From Pristiophorus japonicus (taxonomy: Eukaryota), in assembly GCF_044704955.1 (NCBI RefSeq), contig NC_091993.1:117552001-117616000 (forward strand): a DNA stretch of 64,000 nucleotides, given 5' to 3'. Under the pieces are notes generated by a model, which was given only the letters and a program-made list of their open reading frames with translations, ran no database searches and was not told the DNA's origin. This document shows, one piece after another, positions 52,001 through 62,496 of the stretch. Positions within the stretch are counted from its first letter, which is position 1; the number at the start of each line of letters is the position of its first letter. Position numbers and translations under genes: made by a program.

Positions 52001-53288
52001 CCTCCTCCAGCCCGACAACTCTCCAAGAACTCTGCGTTCCTCCCACTCCGGCCTTATGCATCCTCCACTTCCTTAACACCACCATTGGCGGACTTGACTT
52101 CAGACATCTAGGCCCTAAGCTCTGGAATTTTCTCCTTAAACCTCTCCGCTGCTATCTCCTCCTTTTAAGATGCTCCTTAAAATATTTTGCCTTAAAACCT
52201 TAGAAGTTTTTGGCCAACTGCCCTGATGTCTCCTTATTTGGCTCGGTTTCAATTTTTAACTGATTATGCTCCTGTGAAGCTCCATGGGACATTTTACTAT
52301 GTTGAAGGCACTCTATGAAAGCAAGTTGTTGTTGTTGTAAATATAGATGTAGTTAATATTGATTCAGGATCACTGCTACTTCACCTATGAGATGTAATGT
52401 GTTATGATACTCTCCTGGAAAATTAAAAATTTATGGAAAGATTGAACAGGCTGGGGCTCTTTTCTGAAAAGAGAAAACTGAGGGGTGACCTGAAAGAGGT
52501 TTTCAAGATTATAGAAGGGTTGGATAGAGTAGACATAGAGAATATGTTTCCATTTGCAAGCAAGGCGAGAACTAGGGACCATATAAGACACTAATAAATC
52601 CAATCGGGAATTCAGGAAGAACTTCTTTACCCAGAGAGTGGTCAGAATGTGGAACTCGCTACCACAGGGAGTAGTTGAGGCAAATAGCATAAATGCATTC
52701 AAGGGGAAGTTAAATAAGCACATGGGGAGAAAGGAATAGAGGGGTATGTTGATGGGGTTAGATGAAGAGGGGTGGAAGGAGGCTCGTGTGGAGCATAAAC
52801 ACCGACATGGACCCATTGGGCCGAATGGCCTGTTTCTGTGCTGTAAATAATTTGTCGTACTTTGTAAATTGATTTGCAATAATCTAGAAATATATTTTAC
52901 CTCATAACAGCACAAATCACCATTCATGTTAATCAGAGATAAATTGGATCTTGTATTTTTTTTATTTTAGCAATTTTCAGCAGTGGAAGGAAGCACTGTA
53001 TATGCAAGTCTAAAGCCCCTTCGACGTAACTCAGCAGAAATGCCCAGTGAGGGAACTGCCCAGTTGAGTAACGCCGAAAATGGAATCACCTTTGCAGCAG
53101 TGCAGTTTCAGAAGAAATCAACAGCACGGAGCGGTGAGGTGGCCAGGCACTCAGTTAACAACAAGGACAGTGTCACCTACAGTGCTATCAAGGTTCAAAC
53201 CTATCCCCCAACGAACAACAGAGACCCTCCATCACCTGATACTCCACAGGACTCTGAAATGGCAATTTATGCTAACGTTAGATGTTAG
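16052..53288 (+). CDS. Complete 7-exon CD300/CMRF35/pIgR-like (MDIR-like) Ig-superfamily receptor, 421 aa: join(16052-16088,28350-28673,32284-32607,40319-40439,46900-46988,51843-51895,52971-53288)
   Basis: All six introns are GT-AG with compatible phases (1,1,1,2,1,0). Exon lengths 37+324+324+121+89+53+318 = 1266 nt with no internal stop. Domain order is signal peptide, V-set, C2-like, S/T stalk, TM, tyrosine-motif tail. Confidence 0.88.
16640..17200 (-). mobile_element. Very old CR1-like fragment (ORF2 start region)
   Basis: Weak degenerate similarity to the endonuclease N-terminus. Confidence 0.3.
17241..27980 (+). repeat. ~6.3-kb CT-rich polypyrimidine low-complexity tract in intron 1 (17241-20860 and 25281-27980)
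   Basis: Overwhelmingly C/T on the + strand, irregular (CT)n and Cn runs. Interrupted by a Gypsy element and by a CR1 3' end at ~19355-19450. Confidence 0.95.
20861..25280 (-). mobile_element. Full-length, decayed Gypsy/Ty3 LTR retrotransposon
   Basis: LTRs at 20861-21065 and 25091-25280 (TG...CA), 5-bp TSD CTCCC, PBS TGGCGACGAG next to the 5' LTR. Gag CCHC (CWRCGGNH), RT (FQDD), RNase H and integrase (HVWWPG, SDNG) fragments with frameshifts. Confidence 0.93.
28350..28673 (+). CDS. Exon 2: Ig V-set domain of CD300/pIgR/TREM type
   Basis: ITIEC (B-strand Cys), KYWC-x6-C (extra C-C' disulfide typical of CD300/pIgR), DAGWYSC (D-x-G-x-Y-x-C). Acceptor tctcctcAG at 28348-28349, donor G|GTACGT at 28674. 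Confidence 0.93.
29300..31560. mobile_element. Degenerate Harbinger-type element (Myb/SANT remnant on +, transposase C-terminal remnant on -)
   Basis: [25 protein letters not shown]-like reading near 29587 and an acidic transposase tail near 31250-31560; boundaries uncertain. Confidence 0.45.
32117..33032. repeat. 146-bp inverted repeat pair (32117-32262 / 32887-33032) enclosing exon 3
   Basis: Manual reverse-complement alignment gives 145/146 identity; the single difference is a G-U pair in RNA. Confidence 0.95.
32284..32607 (+). CDS. Exon 3: C2-like Ig domain
   Basis: VSVPVL...VSVFCES[11 protein letters not shown]...YYCTVSN. Acceptor ttctttcccacAG, donor G|GTAAGT, symmetric phase 1-1. Confidence 0.92.
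32626..35108 (-). mobile_element. CR1 LINE (same subfamily as 10625-13579), frameshifted, carrying a 146-bp templated insertion
   Basis: ORFs 33819-35108 and 33025-33849 are nearly identical to the 10714-12780 protein; frameshift near 33845. Confidence 0.93.
35340..36075 (-). mobile_element. CR1 3' fragment
   Basis: [13 protein letters not shown] motif and CR1 3' end. Confidence 0.85.
36430..39800 (+). mobile_element. Degenerate CR1 LINE (ORF1 esterase end plus whole ORF2), sense to the gene
   Basis: VMVHIGTND (SGNH-like), [23 protein letters not shown]; many stops and frameshifts; tail TTCTATGATTCTATTCTATG. Confidence 0.9.
40319..40439 (+). CDS. Exon 4: Ser/Thr-rich stalk ([23 protein letters not shown]...STK)
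   Basis: Acceptor ttttgttgtttcaatAG, open frame continuing exon 3, donor AG|GTACAA (phase 2). Not in the ORF track because it lacks a start codon. Confidence 0.82.
41160..43330 (-). mobile_element. CR1 LINE, 3' half
   Basis: ORFs 41582-43324 carry RT motifs; 3' UTR with an ATAGAAACATAGA tail. Confidence 0.88.
44283..46275 (-). mobile_element. CR1 LINE, 3' half
   Basis: RT fragments in ORFs 44830-45861. Confidence 0.88.
46415..46835 (+). mobile_element. SacSINE1/DeuSINE-like SINE (tRNA-like head, Deu-like core, L2-like tail)
   Basis: GGCTCAGTG...GAGTCAGAAGGT head, CAGTACTGAGGG...CTCTCAGGTGGA core, tail GCTATATAAATGCAAGT. Ends ~65 nt before the TM exon. Confidence 0.75.
46900..46988 (+). CDS. 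Exon 5: transmembrane segment [30 protein letters not shown]
   Basis: Acceptor ttctctgtaccacAG, hydrophobic run followed by basic residues, donor G|GTGAGT. Confidence 0.87.
47600..49215 (-). mobile_element. CR1 LINE, 3' half
   Basis: ORFs 47871-48629 and 48745-48975. Confidence 0.88.
49323..49898. mobile_element. Tc1/mariner (Tigger/pogo-like) MITE
   Basis: TA|CAGGTTGAACC...GGTTCAACTTG|TA termini, sub-terminal CTTATCCG(G/A) repeats and internal ~40-bp repeats. Confidence 0.8.
50660..50905. repeat. Two short tandem arrays: ~39-bp unit x2.5 and 22-bp unit (CTCATTGGCTGACACAGTGCAA) x~3
   Basis: Directly visible. Confidence 0.7.
50920..51365 (-). mobile_element. SacSINE1/DeuSINE-like SINE
   Basis: Reverse complement of the 46415-46835 family. 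Confidence 0.75.
51843..51895 (+). CDS. Exon 6: juxtamembrane cytoplasmic segment [18 protein letters not shown]
   Basis: Acceptor taatttttcAG, donor CAG|GTAAGG. Converts phase 1 to phase 0 as exon 7 requires. Confidence 0.75.
51995..52845 (+). mobile_element. L2-like 3' end (~51995-52340) and CR1 3' end (~52425-52845) in intron 6
   Basis: L2-type tail with (TTG)n; CR1 3' coding end and terminal sequence. Confidence 0.65.
52971..53288 (+). CDS. Exon 7: cytoplasmic tail with TVYASL, ITFAAV, VTYSAI and AIYANV motifs; TAG stop
   Basis: Acceptor tttttttattttAG at 52969-52970, in frame with ORF 52983-53288; regularly spaced YxxL/I/V motifs. Confidence 0.88.
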   Translation, partial: QFSAVEGSTVYASLKPLRRNSAEMPSEGTAQLSNAENGITFAAVQFQKKSTARSGEVARHSVNNKDSVTYSAIKVQTYPPTNNRDPPSPDTPQDSEMAIYANVRC

Positions 53289-53479
53289 GCAAACCATTAA
53301 TGTGGTACATGTCTTGCTTATTGTTGCATCTTACTTTGCATTTCAGTTGCATTGAATTTCAGCTGCCATGAGCTGCCCGCATACCTATTTTGTCCAATTC
53401 ATTCTGTAACGTCTGAGCTGTTCCCTCCAACACCATTGCTCTCCCAGTTTAGCATCATCAGCAAGTTTGTGTTTATGAG

Positions 53480-53870
53480 ACTCCAGGGGCTTGAGCACAA
53501 AAAATCTAGACTGACACTCCAGTGCAGTACTGAGGGAGTGCTGCACTGGCTGAGGTGCCGTCTTTCGGATGAGATGACTACTCTCTCAAGTGGACGTAAA
53601 AATCCTGTGACACTATTGCAAAGAAGAGCAGGGGAGTTATCCCCGGTGTCCTGGCCAATATTTAGCCCTCAATCAACACAACAAAAACAAACAGATTATC
53701 TTGTCATTATCACATTGCTGTTTGTGGGAGCTTGCTTGTGCGCAAGTTGGCTGCCACGTTTCCTGCAACACAACAGTGACTATACTCCAAAAGTACTCCA
53801 TTGGCTGTAAAGCACTTTGAGACGTCTGGTGGTCATGAAGGGCGCTATATAAATACAAGTCTTTCTTTCT
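53480..53870 (+). mobile_element. SacSINE1/DeuSINE-like SINE ~190 bp after the stop codon (probable 3' UTR)
   Basis: Same core and tail as the other copies. Confidence 0.75.
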
Positions 53871-55878
53871 TTCTCTGTCCTCAGCCTCCTACACTGTTCC
53901 AATGACGCTCAACATAAGCTCAAGGAACAGCTCTTCAACTTTCTATGAGGCATTTTATAACCTTCCGGACTCAACATTGAGTTCAATCATTTCACATCAT
54001 CGTCTTTGCCACCATTTTTTCGGATGGCAGCTGATGCTGGTGATTCTGCTTTTCCCATTTACACCTCCTCTCGACCCATCTTTTGTTTCTTTACTGGTCC
54101 CATTACCATCTACTTTTGTCTTGCACCATTATCCCTTTTTGTCATGTAATCACTCCTGCCTTCCACCCCATCACGGATATTCCCCTTTTGTTCTTTCCTC
54201 CCCTCCCCCATTTCCCTGCCTCTGTACTTATTTAAAACCTGTTACATCGCTAACCTTTTCCAGTCTGACGAAAGGTCATCGACCTGAAACGTTGACCGGA
54301 ATATTCCCAGCCCCCGAGTGCGGGTTTGGAGGCGGGCCTGCTGTCAAAATGGCCCTGATTGATAGTGGGACGGGATCCCTCTCTGAACCCGCCTCTGTGC
54401 CTGTTTCCCAACTGTCTGGTGTGCCTGCGGATCGCAGACCCGTCACCAAGCCACGGGCTAGTTAATTAAGATAGTTAACCGGTGGTTGAATGCTAATTAA
54501 GTAGGCACTTACAATTTTACCAAACTTTTGATGACTTTGCCGTCCCTCGGGGAACACACGAGGTAAGTGGAGTCGGGTTCTCCATGACTCTCCATTACTT
54601 TGGCTAGTTGACATCTGCAAAAGTGATATAAAAGCTACCATTTCACAGCTGTTCACTTTCCAATGTCAGAAGCTGAAGCCATCAGGATTTGGAAGAAACT
54701 TTTGAGCTGTATGCAGTTTGGAAGTATTTGCAGTGAACTCTCTATTCACTGTCACCTAATTGGAGCAACCTCTCTCATAATTGACAGATCACTTCTTTCA
54801 TCTCAACCTCATCTGCCATCTATTCCAGCAGCATTGTTGCCCTTGAAAGAGTCTCACCTTGGTCCTCAGAATCCCACCACGATCAGCCCCAACACCAACA
54901 TCATCAACAACACCAACCTTCTCCGCAAACTCTTGATGCTGCATGGACACAGGGCATCAGCACCCGACCATATTGCTGCCTGGGAGGGCAGGGATGGCCT
55001 CACTATGGCCACATTTACTTCACTTGACGCTGTACACCCTGGCTGCCACATGATGCGCCAGGTTGGCACCACCTCACAACAGCTCCATCAAGCATCCCTG
55101 CAATGGCCAAGTCATTCCTTTTACACTCATCACCATTGTGGGGAGTGCAGAACACTGACCGAAGAACTATCAAAATCAATGTGGGCATGGTCCCTTTAAT
55201 TAGACCCGCTTCCTGTTAATTAGCCAGGAACCTCGCAGGGCGGGCTTAACACACTGTCTCCCTCTCTCTCACACACACTCGCTCTCACACACACACTCTC
55301 TCCCTCTCACTCGCTCTCTCTCTCTCCCTCTCACTCGCTCTCTCTCCCTCTCACTCGCTCTCTCTCCCTCTCATTCGCTCTCTCTCCCTCTCACATGCTC
55401 CCTCTCTCTCTCTGGAAGATTGCTTCAATTGCCACCGATGCGAGCCACTCCGGACCCACCATGGGTGGCAGAATCGCCGCCGTTAACTCTGTTTCTCCGC
55501 AGGTGCTGCCTGATCTGCGTATTTCTACCATTTTCTGTTTTTATTTCAGCATTTTAGCATCCGCAGTATTTTGCTTTTGTCCAAACTAAATATATGTTGT
55601 AGTGTACCCATGTACTCCTTCAGATTAAAATTAACCAGAAGAACAGGAGCAAACATTTTACAGTTGCGATAAATGTTGACCAGATCAATGGGAGAAACCA
55701 CGGCTCTTCTTCAAACTATGGGATCTTTTATGTCCACCTGAGAGGGCAGGCAGGGTTAACATCTCAACCAAAGTGTAGCACCTATTGACAGTGCAGCACC
55801 CCCTCAGTACTGCACTGAACTGCCAGCCTGGATTATATGCTCAAGTCTCTGGAATGGGGCTTGAACCCACAACCTTCT

Positions 55879-58800
55879 GGGCTAGACTTTCCAGAAGTTT
55901 TGCATCGCTACCGCTCACTTAACATCCATTTTAACGCTGAGATGAAGTATCACGCACAGATATCGCCCATTTAGCAGAAAAATGGAAACTTACGCCCATT
56001 TATCGCGCAGCGTTACTTTCGCCATCTCGCTCACATATCGCTGAAAATATCGCTCGCCAGAACAAACGCTGAGAAAAAGCTGCACTCACCTGACCTTTAC
56101 CCAGCGGTATGGACGCCGTTTTGTATATCGAAGGATTTTTCATATAAAAGGCTGCTTCAACTTCTGGGGAGTTTTGATGTAATCTGGAGTTATTTTAAGG
56201 TGATTTGAAAATCTGAACAAATATCTTATACTGTGGATGAATTGAATTTATTTTATTTGTTTAAGTAGATAAATTTGTTTGTGAACAATAGGTATAATAC
56301 TGATTGTTATTGTAATGGGGCCTGTAATTTCTCTACCTGTCTCGATGACCACGCACATGCTGCAGACTACAGATGGCAGAAGGTATATTGAAGAGCATTA
56401 TGTGCTCAATCAAAGAGGTGGCAGACTGAGGAAGAGGAGGACGAGGAGGTGGACGATGACCTCGGAGCAGACAATCCGGCTGAAGATGAAACCATGTCCC
56501 CGCCCCCCCTGTAGACGACAGGAAATGGCCCGTGGTGACTACAGAGCTGCAGGGCTTTTACGTCAGCAGCTCATTAATGAGCGCTTTGCTTGAAATAACG
56601 TTGGTTGGTGATATTTACGAAACTACAAGACTGCTGGGTCTGCAGCTCATACATGAATGGTGTAGATTGCCTTGGTGACAGTTAAAGTTAAAGTTGATTC
56701 AAGTTACATTTAATTATGCCCTTTCATGTTAAGGAATCACCAGTGTTTAACGTTACAACTATCTGAGAAAATGCGCAATGTTATGTTAAATAAAATAAGT
56801 TTAATGATAACATTTGTATTAATTCATAATTCTAACTGTAAAAAACACCCCACCCCACAACAAATTTATAACAGTTTTAACATTTCCATTAACACACATG
56901 CAAATACAACAAGGTACCCCTTCCCCCAAACCTCCCAACATTCATTAACTAGCAACAAAAACAAGAACAATACTGTGAGAACTCCAACTCCTGCGGCCAT
57001 GCACCTCATTCTCCTATTCCCCCCGCATCGTCTCCCCAGCTTTACTACTTTCCAACCCGACTCCAAGCCGCCTTGCCGCAGTGCTCCTCGGGCACTGCTT
57101 CATTGGGGGGATGACAGCAGATCCGCTGGTTGGCCGGAAGCTGGAGAGGATGTTCCCAAGCGAGAAATATCTTCCCAGCCAGAAACAAGAGCTTCCTCGT
57201 GTTGTTGGCAATGGGGGTTCAGTGCCGCATTCCGGGAACACGGGTAGTCCTCTGGCACCAGTGTTCCTGGCTATCTCCTCCAGGGACATCGCTATCTGCG
57301 GCGTGTACTCGGTCATGTTTGCGGATGTGGTGTCCATCTGTTGGGATATGCCCCCCATTGTCTGGAGGATCTGCTGACCTATGTCAACACTCCTTCTGGA
57401 CAAATATACCATGTCCCCGCTGAGATCTACCGATCATGGAGCAGTGCTGCTGCGTTGAACCAACCTCTGTGGGATCGGCGCCGGCGTGGAGATACTTGGA
57501 GTGCCCTGCGGCAAAGTGCTTGGCCCGCTACCTCCATGATGGACGAGGAGATGGCCGCAGGAGCACTAAAAGTAATAGGTGTGCTTGATCTTGAGCTTCT
57601 TACTGTAGGCTCCTCCAACTTTTCACTGTCCTCAGTGGGGAGGACAACCTGCTGCTCAATGGGCGATATTCGGGGCTCCTCACCACCAGAAGCACGATCC
57701 ACCGCAGTCACCGCCGCAGGATCATCACCGCGCCTCAGTGGTGTTGGCAGTGACTGCGCTCTTGGCTGAGCTACAAAACATAAATGAGATAATTAGAGGA
57801 GAAGGGGGTGCTAGGATCACAGGGTGATTCAAACACTGCACACAGCATATGCACGAGAACAGCACTACCGCAGTCAAAATAATCACAGACATCACATTTA
57901 ATGAACATAACCAAATTCTGCATTACAATGATTTTCGTGAGCCCATCATTAATTATATCACACTTTCATCAATCATTTATCATATATTGTGCGGATATGA
58001 GTGGGTGTGGCATCTATTGACTTTACATCACGCAATGGTGTATACTTTAGTCAAGTGGCATAACATCAGGTTCTGCTGCTGCACAGGTGGCCGACCTTGT
58101 ATGGATCCCCACTAGTGCCACGCCCGCTCCTCAAGGTCGGTCAGCTCACACATCACTGGTGGGCCGCCACCTGTGCGCCGCTGCTCAGCCCTATTCTTCG
58201 AAAGCTTCTTCTGCAAAAGCTAACAGCAGCAAAATATGGCATAAGATCATTGCGTAAGATCATTGCTAGGTAATGTCACAGATACTGGTACAACACATAA
58301 TGAACAGATGTCATCATTTTTATTATCATTATTAACCTAAACCACATATACCATAAATGGAGAATTGCAGTAAAACGTTACCGGTCTAACTGCAATACAT
58401 CAGATCTTAATTTACTTCCTCATTACACTTACAATTCCAATTATATAAATATATAAGTAAATGTAAATAAATGTAATACTTACTCTGCCGGAGCCGACAA
58501 GGTCATTCCAGCGCATGCAGCACTGGTTACCCTCACGCATCTCGTGCATCACCGACGAGACCACCTCAGCAATTTCAGCCCAAATCTTCTGATAAACCTT
58601 CGGGGTAGGCTTCTCACGCCCGCCCCGGGTCTATTGACTCCAACGTGACTCCATCTCCTGCAGGAGGGCCCCATTTACCTCGTCCAAAAATCTCCTTGCC
58701 CTTTTTCAGCCTCCCATCTCCACTTCCTCTCCAACCTCACTGCCCTCACCAGCCTCCTCCACCTCCACATCGTGATCTCTTGCCTCCTCCATGCCTTCCA

Positions 58801-59233
58801 TTTTTAAACTATTTTTGTGACAGAAATTTCTGTCTCACAGAACTAAATGGTGCTATTTTTAATGAGTACTCCTCATAAAACTCCTTCCAAACTCCCACAA
58901 CAGCCAAACAAACCACAAATACCTACACAACAAACCCACACTAGCTTTCTCTTCCTCTGCTCTCTCGATCCTCTTCTGCGCATGTATTGATGACCCCTGA
59001 CCTCCTAAAAGGCGGGAAAAGACCGTTGCTATGGACGCCGACATTTTACGACAGAAGAAAAAAAAAATACCGCTAATGCCCATTTCACATCACTCCCACT
59101 AATGCCCATTTTATAAAGTGGAAACTAGGGTTTGAAAATGGCCAATAATCCGGCGATCTCAAAACCCATAATAAACACCACCGCTGGAAATAACGCCCAT
59201 TTTGGGCGATCTGCGTAATAGAAAGTCTAGCCC
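55879..59233. mobile_element. Harbinger internal-deletion derivative: truncated transposase (+) and convergent Myb/SANT gene remnant (-)
   Basis: TIRs GGGCTAGACTTTC / GAAAGTCTAGCCC and 3-bp TSD TCT inside a SINE. ORF 56315-56593 fuses an N-terminal stub to the C-terminal LRQQLINERFA. Confidence 0.82.
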
Positions 59234-59769
59234 TCTGACTCAGAGGTGAGTGCTACCCACTGAGCCATGACTGACACTTTTTGATTTTCATTCTCAATAT
59301 TTTCCACTGTGTCCCATGTCACTCCTATAGGTTAGTCCTTCTCCCCCATGGCACAGAATAAGTCTCTCTCTACCTGCTGGACTTTCAAGAAGTGTTTTCT
59401 TACAGATGGAATGCTCCAATCATTGTTTTATCCATTTATTTGAAAGTTGGAGTGATTTAATTCAATATTCCGCTCTCAGAGTTAGATAGACGAGGATGAA
59501 TTATAAGAACAACAAGCATTACATAAATGCAAGTTCTTTCTTTCTTAGCGCAGAATACAAAAGGTTATCCATTAGTACAACAGGAAAGTCTGCCGACTTC
59601 TGCAATGTGTATACAATACCCAGTACCTTCCAGCACTGGAAACTTTTATGGTTGCATTCAACATAAAATATATAGATAGTAAAAGTTACAAAAACTATTA
59701 CTGCCATAGCTGTGTGATGGATGCTCGGATATATAGTATTCATCCTCCTCTCTGTCTCTGGTACCATCT

Positions 59770-62490
59770 CCACAATATACACAAATTAATGAAGTGGCAG
59801 GACAAGCTGAGAAGGCTGTTTAAAAAAAAACATACGAGATTCCTGACTTTATGAACAGAGGAATAGAGTACAAAAGCAAGGAAGTTACACTAAACTTTCT
59901 AATACACTGGATAGGCTTCAGTTGGAGTATTGTGCCCAATTCTGGGCACCACTCTTTAGAAAGGATGCCAAGGCCTTGGAGATTTACTGAAATGGTACCA
60001 GGGATGAGGGACTTCAGTTGTGTGGAGACTAGAGAAGTTGGGGTTGTTCTCTGTGGAGCAGAGATGGTTGAGAGGAGATTTGATACGTGTTTAAAACCAT
60101 GAATGGTTTTGATAGAGTAAAGAAGGAGAAACAGTTTCCAGTGGCAGAATGGCCAGTAACCAGAGGATACAGATTTAAGGTGATTGTCACAAGAACCAGA
60201 GCAGACACAAGGAAACATTTTTTACACAGCAAGTGGTTGTGATCTGGAATGCACTCCGTGAAAGGATGGTAGAAGCAGATTCAATAGTAACATTCAAAAG
60301 AGAATTGGATAAACACATAAGAACATAAAAATAGGAGCAGGAGTAGGCCATTCGGCCCATCGAACCTGCTACACCATTCAATAAGATCATGGCTGATCTA
60401 CTACCTCAACTCCACTTTCCTGCACTATACCCATTACCCTTGATAGAAACATAGAAAATAGGTGCAGGAGTAGGCCATTCGGCCCTTCTAGCCTGCACCG
60501 CCATTCAATGAGTTCATGGCTGAACATGCAACTTCAGTACCCCATTCCTGCTTTCTCACCATACCCCTTGATCCCCCCTAGTAGTAAGGACTTCATCTAA
60601 CTCCTTTTTGAATATATTTAGTGATGCCCTTAATATCCAAAAATCTACCAATCTCTGTCTTGAATATACTCAAAGACTGAGCCTCTACAGCCCTCTGGGG
60701 TAGAGAATTCAAGATTCACAACCCTCTGAGTGAAGATCACCTCTCTTTCTTCCACACTCCAATGTGTATAGGCCCAACCTACTCAACCTATCCTCATAAA
60801 TCAACCCCCTCCTCTCCAGAATCAACCTCGTGAACCTTCTCTGAACAGCCTCCAATGCAAGTATATCCTTCCTTAAATATGGAGACCAAAACTGTACGCA
60901 GTACTCCAGGTGTAGCCTCACTAATACTGTATACAGATGTAGCAGGACTTCTCTGTTTTTATACTCTAACCCCCTTGCAATAAAGGCCAACAGTATATTT
61001 GCCTTCCTGATTACTTGCTGTACCTGCATACTAACTTTTTGTGTTTCATGCACAAGGACCCCCAGGTCTCTCTGTCCTGCAGCACTCTGCAATTTTTCTC
61101 CATTTAAATTATAATTTGCTTGTCTACTATTTCTGCCAAAGTGGATACCTCACATTTTCCCACATAATACTCCATCTGCCAAATTTTTGCCTACTCAATT
61201 AGCCTGTCTATATCATATCACTTTGCAGATTTTTTATGCCCTCCTTACAATTTGCTTTCCCACCCATCTTTGTATCATCGGCAAACTTGGCTACATTACA
61301 CTCGGTCCCTTCATCCAAGTCATTAATATAGATTGTAAATAGTTGAGGGCCCGGCACCAATCCTTGCGGCACCCCATTAGCCACTGTTTGCCAACCGGAA
61401 AAAGACCAATTTAACCCGACTCTCAGTTTTCTGTTAGTTAGCCAATCCTCTATCCGTGCTAATATATTACCCCCAACCCTGTGAGCTTTTATCTTGTGCA
61501 GTAACCTCTTATGTGGCACCTTATCGAATGCCTTCTGGAAATCCAAATACACCACATCCACTGGTTCCCCCTTATCCACCATGCTCGTTACATCCTCAAA
61601 GAACTCCAGCAAATTTGTCGAACATGATTTCCCTCTGGCCACGATTTGATAGGTAAGAATGCAACCAGGCGGGTGCAGTCCCACCGAGCTGGATGACAGT
61701 GGAGAGGCATTGGAGAAGGATAGAGTGACCAACCGTGACAAAGGCTGCGGACAAGTCAACAAGGACGAGGAGTGATACTCAACAGCTGAGCTTCCACAGC
61801 TCCCTGGGTAAAGAATTCCAAAGATTAACAACACTCTGAGTGAAGAAATTTCTCCTCATCTCAGTCCTAAATGGCTTGCCCCTTATTTTGAGACTGTGAT
61901 CCCTGGTTCTAGATTCCCCAGCCAGGGAAAACACCCTCCCAGCATCTACCCTGTCAAACCCGATAAGAATTTTGCATGTTTCAATTAGATCACCACTCAT
62001 TCTTCTAAACTCTAGAGAATATAGGCCTAGTCTACTCAATTTCTCCTCATAGGACAATCCCCCCCATCCCAGGAATCAGTCTGGTGAACCTTTGTTGCAC
62101 TCCCTCTATACAAGTATATCCTTCCTTAAGTAAGGAGACAAAAACTGTACACAATACTTCAGATGTGGTCTGACCAGGGCCCTATATAATTGCAGTAAGA
62201 CGTCTTTACTCTTATACTCAAATCTTCTTGTAATAAAGGCCAACACGCCATTGCTCTCTTAATTGCTTGCTGTACCTGCATGTTAACTTTCAGTGATTCG
62301 TGTACAAGGACACCCAGGTCCCTCTGAACACCAACATTTCCTGATCTCTCACCATTTAAAAAATACTCCGCTTTTCTATTTTTCCTACCAAAGTGGCTAA
62401 CTTCACATTTCTCCACATTATATTCCATTTGCCATGTTCCTGCCCACTCACTTAGCCTATCTACATCCCCTTGAAGTCTCTTTGCATACT
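59770..62490. mobile_element. Cluster of CR1 fragments (+ 59770-60315; - 60316-61630 with a nested young 3' end at 60445-60622; - 61780-62490)
   Basis: RT motifs in ORFs 60709-62428; repeated CR1 3' ends. Confidence 0.85.
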
Positions 62491-62496
62491 TCTTAC

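Noticed and set aside
52981-52984. Alternative acceptors for the last exon (ttttcAG|cAG|)
   Set aside because: Both are out of frame with the phase-0 end of exon 6; 52971 keeps the tyrosine-motif frame.
53289-55700. Poly(A) site of the receptor gene
   Set aside because: I found no convincing AATAAA close to the stop codon, so the 3' end cannot be placed from sequence alone.
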